A stretch of DNA of 64,000 nt, taken from NCBI GenBank assembly GCA_046327815.1, contig JAXLXR010000015.1:28073-92072 (forward strand), written 5' to 3'. This document shows, piece after piece, positions 56,017-64,000 of the stretch. Both the position numbers and the translations under genes were made by a program. Under the pieces are notes generated by a model. It was not told the DNA's origin. It saw only the letters and a program-made list of their open reading frames with translations, and did no database searches. The stretch comes from Candidatus Eiseniibacteriota bacterium. GTDB taxonomy: Bacteria; Eisenbacteria; RBG-16-71-46. Every line of letters begins with the position of its first letter. Positions within the stretch are counted from its first letter, which is position 1.

Positions 56017-56705
56017 ATGCTTCCCTGGATCACGCTCGACCGCGCCGAGGTTCCCGGCGAACGCGAACCGCTCGTGCTGCTGCAGCGCGGGCACGAGTTC
56101 GTGATCCGCGTGGGGCACACCCCGCTCATGGGAAGCGGGCAGCACGGCTCGGAGGAGGCGCTCGCCGAGCGGGCGTCGCCTGCGCCCGGTTCGCGGCGTT
56201 CGCGGACGCGCGCGTGCTGATCGGCGGGCTCGGCATGGGCTACACGCTGGCCGCCGCACTGCGCGTGCTCGCCGCGGGCGCGCACGTCGAGGTGGCCGAG
56301 CTCATGCCGGCCGTGATCGCGTGGAACCGCGGCCCGCTCGCCCACCTGGCCGGACGCCCGCTCGACGATCCTCGCGCCCACGTGCGCGCCGCCGACGTGG
56401 CGGCCGCGTACGGCGACGCTCCCGCGTGGGACGCGATCCTGCTCGACGTGGACAACGGCCCCGACGGACTCACCCGGGCGGGCAACGACGCGCTGTACAC
56501 GCTCGAGGGCCTGCGCCGCGCGCAGCGGGCGCTGCGCCCCGGCGGCGTGCTCGGCGTGTGGTCGGTGGCTCCGGACGAAGCCTTCACACGGCGGTTCGGG
56601 CAGGCCGGGTTCGTCGTCGAAACGCACGTCGTCCGCGCCCGGCGCGGCAAGGGCGGCCGGCACACGCTCTGGCTGGGCGAAAAGCCCGCGTCCCGGAAAC
56701 GCTGA
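56017..56705 (+). pseudogene. Spermidine-synthase-like (class I SAM-dependent aminopropyltransferase/methyltransferase-like) gene with an apparent frameshift near 56170..56180
   Basis: Frame 1 (ATG 56017) reads MLPWITLDRAEVPGEREPLVLLQRGHEFVIRVGHTPLMGSGQHGSEEALAER... and hits a stop at 56220. A second frame (track ORF 56214..56705) begins VLIGGLGMGYTLAAAL..., a GxGxG SAM-binding Rossmann start with no N-terminal domain. Read back, that second frame gives ...ACARFAAFADARVLIGGLGMGY, which continues frame 1 sensibly. A 1- or 2-nt indel at ~56172..56178 would fuse them. Confidence 0.45.
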
Positions 56706-56892
56706 CGCCGTTCGTCCCCCGGATCGCGCCGTTCGTCGGTGCGAACGCGTCGTACGACGAACGCACGCAACCCTTCGGGGGCATTCGCGTATCTCATCGC
56801 GCAGGAACGGAGCCGCGCCTCCCATGACCGGGCGGGCCCGCCAATGCGGCGGCGCCACGCGCGGCCCGTTCCGAAAGCGAAGGAGGAACGCC

Positions 56893-57606
56893 ATGACGAT
56901 GCTGCGAAATCTGTCGGTGCTCGTGATCTCCCTCGGCCTGTCCGCCGCGGCGACCGCGGCGCCCGCGCAGCCGCTCGAAGGACGCACGCTCCCCGCGCTG
57001 CGGCTGGCGTACTCCGGCGAACTCACCGCGCAGCGCGAATACGCCGCGTGTGCGGTGCGCGCCGAGGAAGAAGGCTGGCTGGGCGTGCGCGACCTGTACC
57101 TCGCGCTCGCCGACGCCGAAGCGCGCCACGCCGAACGGCATGCGCGCATGCTCGAAGCCATGGGCGAGACGCCCGGCACCGACGTGCCGGCGCCGGTCGT
57201 CGGCACGACGCGCGAGAACCTCGCGCGCGCGTTCTCGGCCGAGCGCGCGGAACGCCGCGTGCGCTACACGAAGCTGGCCGACGCCGTGCGGCCCGACCTC
57301 GCGTACGACGTGCTCGCGTCGCTCAACTGGTGCGCGGCGGCCGAAGCGACCCACGCGCGGGCGCTGGCACAGGTCCACGAGTCGCTCGCGGACTACGCGG
57401 CGCCGCACCGCTGGTACGTCTGCGCCGACTGCGGCTGCGTGCACGGCTCGAAGACGGACGGGCACTGTGCGTGCGGCACGTCGGGCGAGCATGCCGTGGC
57501 GATCGGCGGCGACGAAGCGAGCGATCGCCAACCGCAGCCGGTGGCCGCGCCGCTGGTCGCGTGGGACGAGGACGAAATCGCGAAGGCGTTCGCCCTGATG
57601 CCGTAG
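56893..57606 (+). CDS. Rubrerythrin-like ferritin-family diiron protein with a C-terminal Cys cluster and a predicted N-terminal signal peptide
   Basis: AGGAGG 6 nt upstream of ATG 56893. MTMLRNLSVLVISLGLSAAATAAPAQP is a signal peptide with an AxA site. Two E...ExxH diiron motifs (ELTAQREY...EARHAERH and ...EATHARAL). C-terminal YVCADCGCVHG...GHCACG is a rubredoxin-like metal site. The 23-aa track extension is rejected. Confidence 0.7.
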   Translation: MTMLRNLSVLVISLGLSAAATAAPAQPLEGRTLPALRLAYSGELTAQREYAACAVRAEEEGWLGVRDLYLALADAEARHAERHARMLEAMGETPGTDVPAPVVGTTRENLARAFSAERAERRVRYTKLADAVRPDLAYDVLASLNWCAAAEATHARALAQVHESLADYAAPHRWYVCADCGCVHGSKTDGHCACGTSGEHAVAIGGDEASDRQPQPVAAPLVAWDEDEIAKAFALMP

Positions 57607-57667
57607 AGGGAACGGCGTGAGGAACGAACGGCCCGGGCGGCCCGCGCAGGTGGCGGGCCGCCCGGTT

Positions 57668-58009
57668 TCATGACGGCGGCAGGGACGGCGGAGGCGGCGC
57701 CGGCGGCGCCGGGCCGCTCGAAGCGCCCGGCCGGTCCCCCTTCCCCCGCGTGGCGATCCACACCGCCATGGTCCACGTGGGGACCAGGTCCACGCCCGGC
57801 GTGAGTTCGGCGATCGCCGCGGGCAGGAACGCCCAGTGCCAGCCGAGCCGCCAGACGAGGAACGCGCTCACCACGAAGTCGAGCCCCGCCTCGAACGGCG
57901 AGAACCCGCCCGGCGCGAACGCCGGCAGCAGCCACCACTGCACGACGTCGGCGGCCACCGCGACCAGCCAGGGGGCCCGGTGGGCGCGACCCATCGGAAA
58001 GCGCGGCAT
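57668..58009 (-). CDS. Small hypothetical membrane protein (~113 aa) with a Pro-rich C-terminal tail
   Basis: Track ORF 57668..58156 is trimmed to the internal ATG at 58009 (MPRFPMGRAHRAPWLVAVAADVVQWWLLPAF...) because the upstream part overlaps tRNA-Leu. GGAGA Shine-Dalgarno 7 nt upstream. Two W-rich hydrophobic helices. Tail ...GPAPPAPPPPSLPPS. Confidence 0.4.
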   Translation of the reverse strand: MPRFPMGRAHRAPWLVAVAADVVQWWLLPAFAPGGFSPFEAGLDFVVSAFLVWRLGWHWAFLPAAIAELTPGVDLVPTWTMAVWIATRGKGDRPGASSGPAPPAPPPPSLPPS

Positions 58010-58036
58010 GCGGTCTCCTTCCTGTGCTGCAACGGC

Positions 58037-58123
58037 TGGCGCCGGGACCGGGAATCGAACCCGGACGGGATTGCTCCCAGCGGATTTTAAGTCCGCTGCG
58101 TCTGCCAGTTTCGCCATCCCGGC
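58037..58123 (-). tRNA. tRNA-Leu (anticodon UAA), type II with a long variable arm, CCA encoded
   Basis: Reverse complement reads GCCGGGATGGCGAAACTGGCAGACGCAGCGGACTTAAAATCCGCTGGGAGCAATCCCGTCCGGGTTCGATTCCCGGTCCCGGCGCCA. The 7-bp acceptor stem is GCCGGGA/TCCCGGC. The anticodon stem-loop is GCGGA-CTTAAAA-TCCGC with TAA at loop positions 3-5. T-loop TTCGATT. 87 nt. Confidence 0.85.
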
Positions 58124-58222
58124 ACTGCGTGCCTGCCCACCGGACCCGCGGCGCAAAGCGAAGCGCCCGGGAACTCTCGTGCGAGAGGTCCCGGGCGCCG
58201 GTGCGCGTGCGTCGCGTACGGA

Positions 58223-59479
58223 TCAGTGCCCGTGGCCGCCCGCACCCTCTAACACGTCCACCACGCGGACCACCGGGTATCGCGCGAGGAAGTTCTGCAC
58301 CGCGAAGCCGAACAGGCCCACGAAGCCCAGCGTCACACCGATCTCCGGCAGGCCGACCCACACCTGCTCGGCGTTCAGCGACGGCATCACCAGCACGTGG
58401 CGCTCGACCCAGATGCCGACCATCGCGATGATCGCGAACGTCGAGAGCAGCGCGGGATTGGTCTTGCTGGTCTTGTTCAGCATGCCGAGGAACGGAATCA
58501 CGAAGATGAGCGTGAACGCGACGAACGACAGCGTCCGCCACGGCTCCTCGAAGCGCACGAACACCCACCACGTCTCTTCCGGCATGTTCGCGTACCAGAT
58601 CGGCAGGTACTGCGACCAGAACAGGTAGCCCCAGAACACGCACCAGGCGAACAGCACCTTGCCGATGTCCCAGAACATGTTCGACGTGATGTAGGCCTCG
58701 AGCTTGTAGCGCGCGCGCAGCTGCGTCGCGAGCAGGCTGGTCATGGCGACGGCCGTGATGAACGCGCCCGCGTACACCCACCAGCCGAACAGGCCCGACA
58801 CCCAGTTGGGCGTGAGCGCCATGATGAAGTCCCACGCCATCACCGAGAACAGCACCACGAACAGCAGCGCGAGCTGAGGCGCGAGGTGCGCGGACTCGTG
58901 GCGCGCCCACTCCATCTCGGCCTGGTCGCCCTTCCAGTTCGCGGTCTGCTTCTCGTAGTCGGCCTTCAGCGCACCGTCCACGTACGGCTTGATCGCCTGC
59001 AGGTCGCGGCGCATGGACACGTGCACCAGCTTCTTCGCGAGCACCCAGAACAGCAGCAGGCCGCCGAGCGTACGCACGTACAGGAACGGAACGTTGAGGA
59101 ACGGCGCCTGGCGCGGCTCGACGTGCTTGATCCACGGCAGGTACGTCCAGATGCCGGCGAACAGCAGCACGGCCATGGTCGCGATGCCGAACGGCAGGTA
59201 CGCCGAGAACGATTCGGCGATGCGCATGATCGGTCCGCCCCACCGGCCGTTGGCCAGCCGGATGGCGCACGCGAGCGCGATGCCGCCCATGGCGATGCCG
59301 AGGAAGTAGAGCGTGTTGATCGTCCACGCGCCCCACGCCCGCAGCGGGTTGGTCATGAACAGGTAGCCGAAGGCGGCGAGCCCGACCACGATCAGCGCGA
59401 TCCAGATCTGTCGCTTCTGGGCGCTCGGCTGGACCGGCAGCTTGCCGGCGATATCCCGGAGAACGGCCTCGTGGCTCAT
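58223..59479 (-). CDS. actF: Alternative complex III subunit F (NrfD/PsrC-like polytopic membrane subunit)
   Basis: Start MSHEAVLRDIAGK at 59479, making an ATGA overlap with the actE stop. About ten hydrophobic helices. W/Y-rich NrfD-like protein encoded downstream of actBCDE. Confidence 0.7.
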   Translation of the reverse strand: MSHEAVLRDIAGKLPVQPSAQKRQIWIALIVVGLAAFGYLFMTNPLRAWGAWTINTLYFLGIAMGGIALACAIRLANGRWGGPIMRIAESFSAYLPFGIATMAVLLFAGIWTYLPWIKHVEPRQAPFLNVPFLYVRTLGGLLLFWVLAKKLVHVSMRRDLQAIKPYVDGALKADYEKQTANWKGDQAEMEWARHESAHLAPQLALLFVVLFSVMAWDFIMALTPNWVSGLFGWWVYAGAFITAVAMTSLLATQLRARYKLEAYITSNMFWDIGKVLFAWCVFWGYLFWSQYLPIWYANMPEETWWVFVRFEEPWRTLSFVAFTLIFVIPFLGMLNKTSKTNPALLSTFAIIAMVGIWVERHVLVMPSLNAEQVWVGLPEIGVTLGFVGLFGFAVQNFLARYPVVRVVDVLEGAGGHGH

Positions 59480-60045
59480 CGCGGACTGACCTTCTGCTGT
59501 TGGCGGATGTAGTGGATCAGGTCCCACGCGTCGTGGGCGGAGAGCGCGTTGCCGAACGAGGGCATCACGACGCCGCCGTGCCGCATGTAGGAGTAGATGA
59601 ACCCGTCCGTACGTTCACGGGTGGACTGCGCCAGCAGGTCGGGCGGGGGCATGAACTGCGCGGCCACCGGACCGTCGCCCGCCATGGTCTTGCCGTGGCA
59701 CGTCCAGCAGATCGTGTGGAACAGCGTGTCGCCCCGCACGATCGAAGCCTCGTCGGACGGGAAGGGCTCGCGGATCACGAGCGTCGCCGCCGGATCGTAG
59801 GGCGCCTCGCCGATGTACAGGTCCCGGCCGATGCCGGCGACGGCGAGCGAATCCGGTCCGCGGAACGTGGTGACCTTGGGATTCAGCGGGTCGCCGCGCT
59901 GCGGGTCGATCGCGATCGTCTGCCGCATGTCGCGGATCGGGTAGTACGACCAGTGCGTGAGCGACTTGGTCACGTCCTGGCAGCCCTGCTGGAACGACAC
60001 GGACCACAGCGCGATCACGCCGATGAGGAGCTTGGCCTTAAGCAT
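59476..60045 (-). CDS. actE: Alternative complex III subunit E (monoheme cytochrome c lipoprotein)
   Basis: Signal/lipobox MLKAKLLIGVIALWSVSFQQGCQ. Single CxxCH heme motif CWTCHGK. ~189 aa. Positioned between actD and actF. Confidence 0.7.
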   Translation of the reverse strand: MLKAKLLIGVIALWSVSFQQGCQDVTKSLTHWSYYPIRDMRQTIAIDPQRGDPLNPKVTTFRGPDSLAVAGIGRDLYIGEAPYDPAATLVIREPFPSDEASIVRGDTLFHTICWTCHGKTMAGDGPVAAQFMPPPDLLAQSTRERTDGFIYSYMRHGGVVMPSFGNALSAHDAWDLIHYIRQQQKVSPR

Positions 60046-60586
60046 GGACCTGCACCTCCTCGGCCGCGTGGCCCTTCATGAGCTGCTCGATCTTGGCGGC
60101 CTCGGCGGCGGAACACGGCACCCAGATGCCGATGCGGTCTTCCTGGAAGCGCGGATCGTAGGGCGCGACCTGCTTGATCTGCGGCAGGCGGCCCAGCGCG
60201 AGCATGCCGAGCAGGTTCGAGAGCCCGGCGATCAGGATCATGGACTCGTAGCCGATGACCGTCATGGGCGGAACCGAGAACAGTTCCTTGCCGCCGATCA
60301 CGAGCGGCCACGAGGCGATCGAGTAGAAGCAGAGCGCGAAGCCGCCCGTGGCGCCGAGGAAGCCGCCGACCGCGGTCACCCAGCGCACCAGCGAGGGCCC
60401 CTGCTCCAGCGCGTGCTCGATCTCGTGGTGCGGCACGGGCGAGAACACGTTGAGCTGCTTGTGCCCCGCGCCCCGCAGCGTCTTCACGGCGTCGGCCGCG
60501 TCGTCCACGTAGTACCAGATGCCCATCACGCCGTGGAACTTCGGCGCGGGCGGGTTCAGGAGTCCGTCGATCATCTTGAGGATCAT
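60038..60586 (-). CDS. actD: Alternative complex III subunit D (DUF3341-like small membrane subunit)
   Basis: Real start MILKMIDGLLNPPAPKFHGVMGIWYYVDD at 60586 (ATGA overlap with the actC stop). The track's upstream extension is rejected. ~182 aa with two central TM helices (WVTAVGGFLGATGGFALCFY..., MILIAGLSNLLGMLALG). Confidence 0.65.
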   Translation of the reverse strand: MILKMIDGLLNPPAPKFHGVMGIWYYVDDAADAVKTLRGAGHKQLNVFSPVPHHEIEHALEQGPSLVRWVTAVGGFLGATGGFALCFYSIASWPLVIGGKELFSVPPMTVIGYESMILIAGLSNLLGMLALGRLPQIKQVAPYDPRFQEDRIGIWVPCSAAEAAKIEQLMKGHAAEEVQVHA

Positions 60587-61959
60587 CAGTGCGCCCTCCT
60601 CTTCGGCATCGGGAGGGTCTCCTTGATCTCGGCGATCGAGAAGGCCGGCAGGACGCGGATGAACACGAGGAAGAACATGAAGAACCACGCGAACGATCCG
60701 ATGATCAGCGCGAGTTCGCTGATCGAGATGCGGTAGTAGAACCAGTTCGCGGGATTGAACGCGCGCGTGAGCGACGTGACGATGATCACGAAGCGCTCGA
60801 ACCACATGCCGATGTTCACGAAGATGCTCAGCACGAGCAGCGCCGTCATGTTCCGGCGCACGCTCTTGAACCAGAGCGACATCGGGAAGATCACGTTGCA
60901 CGAGAACATGATCCAGAACGCCCACCAGTAGTGCCCGGTGGCGCGGAACCAGAACAGGTCGCGCTCGGCCTTGCTCGGGCCGTACCACGCCATGAAGAAC
61001 TCGGTCAGGTACGAGTACCCGACCATGCAGCTCGTGAGCAGCACGAGCTTCGCGAGCTTCTCCATGTGGTCGATCGTGACCAGGTGCTGCAGGCCGAAGC
61101 CCTTGCGGATCACAACCAGCAGGAAGATCACCATGCCGACGCCGGAGAAGATCGCGCCCGCGACGAAGTACGGGGCGAACAGCGTCGAGTGCCAGCCGGG
61201 CGTCTGCGCCATCGCGAAGTCCCACGACACGACGCTGTGCACGGAGAACACGAGCGGGGTCGCGAGCGCGGCGAAGAACAGGTACGCGCCGTAGAAGTGC
61301 TTCCACTGGTAGTTCGCGCCGGTCCAGCCGAACGAGAAGATCGTGTAGATGAGCTTCAGGATCGGGTGCTTGGCCCGGTCACGCGCCGCGGCGCAGTCCG
61401 GGATCAGGCCGACGAGGAAGAAGATGCTCGACACGGTGAGGTACGTGTTCACGGCGAACACGTCCCACTCGAGCGGCGAGCGGATGTTGGTCCAGAGCTG
61501 GCGCTGGTTCGGGTACGGGAACAGCCAGTAGTCGAACCACGGACGGCCCGTGTGGATCGCGGGGAACATCGCGGCGGTCAGCACCCCGAACACGGTCATC
61601 GCTTCGGCGATGCGGTACACCGCGCGCCGGAAGTGCGACCGGAACAGGAAGAGCACGGCGGACACGAGCGTGCCGCAGTGCGCGATGCCGACCCAGAACA
61701 CGAAGTTCGTGATGTCCACGGCCCACATGACCGGCCGCATGAAGCCCGACACGCCCCAACCGTGCACGATCAGGTTGCGGACGGCCGCCAGGGCCACACC
61801 CAGGACGAGAAGGTCGAACAGGAACAGCGCCCACCAGACCTTGCCCGGCCAGCCGACCATGCTCAGCACGTCGTCGTTCAGCGACTTCTGCGTGACCGGC
61901 CGGTCCGGCGCGTCGTTGACGCCGTCCACGGCGATGTTCTTCAGAGTGGTGGTGCTCAC
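60586..61959 (-). CDS. actC: Alternative complex III subunit C (NrfD/PsrC-like quinol-interacting membrane subunit)
   Basis: 457 aa. About ten TM helices. NrfD-like W/F-rich motifs (WGVSGF, FVFWVGIAHCGT, WFERFVIIV). Stop/start overlaps with actB and actD. Confidence 0.8.
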   Translation of the reverse strand: MSTTTLKNIAVDGVNDAPDRPVTQKSLNDDVLSMVGWPGKVWWALFLFDLLVLGVALAAVRNLIVHGWGVSGFMRPVMWAVDITNFVFWVGIAHCGTLVSAVLFLFRSHFRRAVYRIAEAMTVFGVLTAAMFPAIHTGRPWFDYWLFPYPNQRQLWTNIRSPLEWDVFAVNTYLTVSSIFFLVGLIPDCAAARDRAKHPILKLIYTIFSFGWTGANYQWKHFYGAYLFFAALATPLVFSVHSVVSWDFAMAQTPGWHSTLFAPYFVAGAIFSGVGMVIFLLVVIRKGFGLQHLVTIDHMEKLAKLVLLTSCMVGYSYLTEFFMAWYGPSKAERDLFWFRATGHYWWAFWIMFSCNVIFPMSLWFKSVRRNMTALLVLSIFVNIGMWFERFVIIVTSLTRAFNPANWFYYRISISELALIIGSFAWFFMFFLVFIRVLPAFSIAEIKETLPMPKRRAH

Positions 61960-64000
61960 GCGCGGCCCTCGCTCGTGGTTTCACGCTGGATCTTCTGCAG
62001 GTAGGTGACGCCCGGACGCGTGTGGAGCTCCTCGAGCACCCAGTACTTGCGCTCGCCGTAGCTCTTCCTGGCCACTTCGCTCGCCGGGTCCATGAGGTCG
62101 CCGAACGTGATGGCCTGCGTCGGGCAGCTCTGCGAACAGGCGGTCTGGATCTCGCCGTCGTGGAGCTCGCGCTTCTCGTCGCGCGCGTTGCCCTTGCCTT
62201 CGAGGATGCGCTGGATGCACATCGTGCACTTCTCCATGACGCCCTTGGAGCGCACGGTGACATCCGGGTTGAGCTGCCAGTTCAGCGGCTCGGGGAAGGC
62301 GAAGGTCGTCTTCTCCGGCGCGGAGTAGTCGAACCAGTTGAACGCGCGCGCCTTGTACGGGCAGTTGTTCGAGCAGTACCGCGTACCGACGCAGCGGTTG
62401 TAGACCTGCCCGTTGAGCCCTTCGGACGTGTGGTACGTCGCGTACACGGGGCACACCATTTCGCACGGCGCGTCGCTGCAGTGCTGGCACATGCTCGGCA
62501 GGAAGCGCACGTCGTTCGCGCCGCCCGAGAGCTTGTCCTCGAACCGGTCGATGCGGATCCACGCCATCTCGCGGCCCTTCTGGATCAGCTCGGGGCCGAC
62601 GACCGGGATGTTGTTCTCGGCGTAGCAGGCGACCACGCACGCCGCGCAACCGTTGCAGGCGTTCAGGTCCACCGCGAGCGCCCAGCGGTGCTTGGCGCCC
62701 TTGTAGCTGCCGACGTTGACCGGCTCGCTCTTCGGGTGACGCACCTTCTCCTTCGGCTCGAACGCCGAGATCGAATGCGCCGGCGCCTTCCAGCCTTCGG
62801 GGCGCGCGAGCGGCTCGGTGAACTTGCCGGGCTTGTTCTGCACTTCCTCGGAGAGGATGCCGCCCTTCTCGGTCAGGCGGCCCAGCGAGTGGCCTTCGTG
62901 CGCACCGCCTTCGCCGTGACCGGCGAGCAGCGCGGCGACCGGGATCACCTGCGCGATCTCGCGATCGTGCTGGTTCTTCTCGGCCTGCTGCAGGTACAGG
63001 CCCATCGCCTTCGAGCCGCGCGAGAGCTTGGCGCCGGCGCCCTGGTACGCGAGCGCACCGGACGCCTCGTCCATGCCCTGCGGCACCAGCGCGAGCGCGT
63101 TCACGCCGCGGCCCATCGCGTAGCGGCCGTACTGCGTGTGGCCCTGCCCCAGCGACAGCGCGACGGCGTCCTTGCGGATGCCCGAATACAGGTAGGCCGG
63201 AACCTCGACCTTGCCCGCGCCGGTCTCGACCACGAGCGCGTCGCCGTTCTTGACGCCGAGCTTCTTCGCGGTCTCGGGGTGCACTTCGGCCCACGAGCCC
63301 CACACGGCCTTCGAGGTCATGTCGGGCAGTTCCTGCAGCCACGGCTTGTTCGCGCCACGGCCGTCGTAGAAGTTGTTCGACGGCGTCACGAGCAGCGTGT
63401 ACTCGCCGGCGGCCGCCGCGGGCGCGGCGAAGCTCGGCGTGCCGGTCCAGCGCACCGCCGTGTTCGCAGCCGGCTCCCACACACCGCCGTCCTTGAGCGA
63501 GTCGATCCAGAACTGCTCGAACGACCGCCCCGCACCGAAGCGCGCGTGCACCGCCTTCCAGCGGGCCTGCAGGTCGTCGAACGCGGTCGCGCCCCAGCCG
63601 CCCGTGATGCTCGCGGCGGTCGCGAGACCGATCAGCGTGTCGCCCACCGGGCGCGCGTCGAACATCGGCAGCGGGCGCATCGCCGGCTGCTGCAGCGACC
63701 ACACACCCTTGGCGGTCTGCGCGTCGCCCCACGTCTCGAGCGCGTGCGTCGAAGGCAGGATCACGTCGCAGAGCGCCGTGGTCTCGTCCATGACACCCGA
63801 GAGCGAAACCTTGAAGCCCACCTTGCCGAACGCGTCGGCGAAGCCGGCCCACGCGGGCGTGGCGTACGCCGGGTTCGTGCCGTGCACGAACGCCACGTCG
63901 AACGCGCCTTCGCCCATCTGCTTCACGAGCGCCGTGAACTCCGCGAAGGTCGCGAGACCGTCGAGGTTCAGCGGACGGTCGAACAGCACCGTGTTGCCAA
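61956..64000 (-). CDS. actB: Alternative complex III subunit B (molybdopterin-oxidoreductase-like domain fused to a 4Fe-4S ferredoxin domain), 3' portion only; the N-terminus lies beyond the window end
   Basis: Open frame reaches the window edge. The C-terminal half carries Cys clusters CNGCAACVVACYAENN, CQHCSDAPCEMVCP, CVGTRYCSNNCPYKAR and CTMCIQR...CSQSCP, typical of the PsrB-like module. The upstream part shows molybdopterin-oxidoreductase-like blocks with no Mo-ligand context assessed. Confidence 0.85.
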   Translation of the reverse strand, partial: GNTVLFDRPLNLDGLATFAEFTALVKQMGEGAFDVAFVHGTNPAYATPAWAGFADAFGKVGFKVSLSGVMDETTALCDVILPSTHALETWGDAQTAKGVWSLQQPAMRPLPMFDARPVGDTLIGLATAASITGGWGATAFDDLQARWKAVHARFGAGRSFEQFWIDSLKDGGVWEPAANTAVRWTGTPSFAAPAAAAGEYTLLVTPSNNFYDGRGANKPWLQELPDMTSKAVWGSWAEVHPETAKKLGVKNGDALVVETGAGKVEVPAYLYSGIRKDAVALSLGQGHTQYGRYAMGRGVNALALVPQGMDEASGALAYQGAGAKLSRGSKAMGLYLQQAEKNQHDREIAQVIPVAALLAGHGEGGAHEGHSLGRLTEKGGILSEEVQNKPGKFTEPLARPEGWKAPAHSISAFEPKEKVRHPKSEPVNVGSYKGAKHRWALAVDLNACNGCAACVVACYAENNIPVVGPELIQKGREMAWIRIDRFEDKLSGGANDVRFLPSMCQHCSDAPCEMVCPVYATYHTSEGLNGQVYNRCVGTRYCSNNCPYKARAFNWFDYSAPEKTTFAFPEPLNWQLNPDVTVRSKGVMEKCTMCIQRILEGKGNARDEKRELHDGEIQTACSQSCPTQAITFGDLMDPASEVARKSYGERKYWVLEELHTRPGVTYLQKIQRETTSEGRA

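Noticed and set aside
58037-58123. Integrated element or genomic island at the tRNA-Leu gene
   Set aside because: No integrase, direct repeat of the tRNA 3' end, or GC/codon-usage shift is visible on either side. The flanking genes are ordinary respiratory or redox genes.
57668-58156. Full-length 162-aa ORF spanning 58037..58123
   Set aside because: Its N-terminal third is the translation of a well-formed tRNA-Leu gene. Only the part downstream of the internal ATG at 58009 is kept as a low-confidence ORF.

Overview
This is a very GC-rich bacterial chromosomal window; codon third positions are almost all G/C, which produces many spurious overlapping ORFs in the six-frame track. It is densely coding on both strands. 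I found no CRISPR array, transposase, integrase or compositional island. Gene content and architecture are consistent with a Gemmatimonadota- or Acidobacteriota-like organism, but that assignment is inference only.

Layout from left to right:

- **1 to 7.2 kb:** secreted proteins with CBM9/DOMON-like N-terminal modules and T9SS-type (FlgD-Ig-like) C-terminal sorting domains, a PorV/PorQ-like outer-membrane protein and a beta-barrel.
- **7.2 to 16.1 kb:** an envelope-associated alpha-glucan (starch/glycogen) utilisation locus built from CBM48 modules, a GH13 amylase and a convergent, apparently orphan MalK-type ABC ATPase. The CBM48 modules occur on an outer-membrane beta-barrel fusion, a single-module lipoprotein and a 4x-tandem-module lipoprotein.
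- **16.2 to 18.7 kb:** DedA, an MBL-fold hydrolase and a DUF4114-like secreted protein.
- **18.9 to 24.3 kb:** the sucA-sucB-lpdA 2-oxoglutarate dehydrogenase operon.
- **24.6 to 28.5 kb:** a secreted HExxH/PA-domain metalloprotease with the same sorting-domain tail, and a DUF2723 (PMT-like) membrane glycosyltransferase.
- **28.5 to 54.9 kb:** a striking array of nine consecutive paralogous Ser/Thr receptor kinases. Six carry TolB/PD40-type beta-propeller ectodomains, two carry TPR domains, and one has a zinc ribbon and polytopic tail. Many adjacent pairs are translationally coupled by ATGA/GTGA overlaps. One pair shares an ~860-bp near-identical tract. A PAP2 phosphatase and an FHA-GAF-PP2C phosphatase follow the array.
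- **55 to 58 kb:** a secreted CBM4_9-like protein, an apparently frameshifted spermidine-synthase-like gene, a signal-peptide-bearing rubrerythrin-like protein, a small membrane ORF and tRNA-Leu(UAA).
- **58.2 to 64 kb:** the alternative complex III operon actB(partial)-C-D-E-F.
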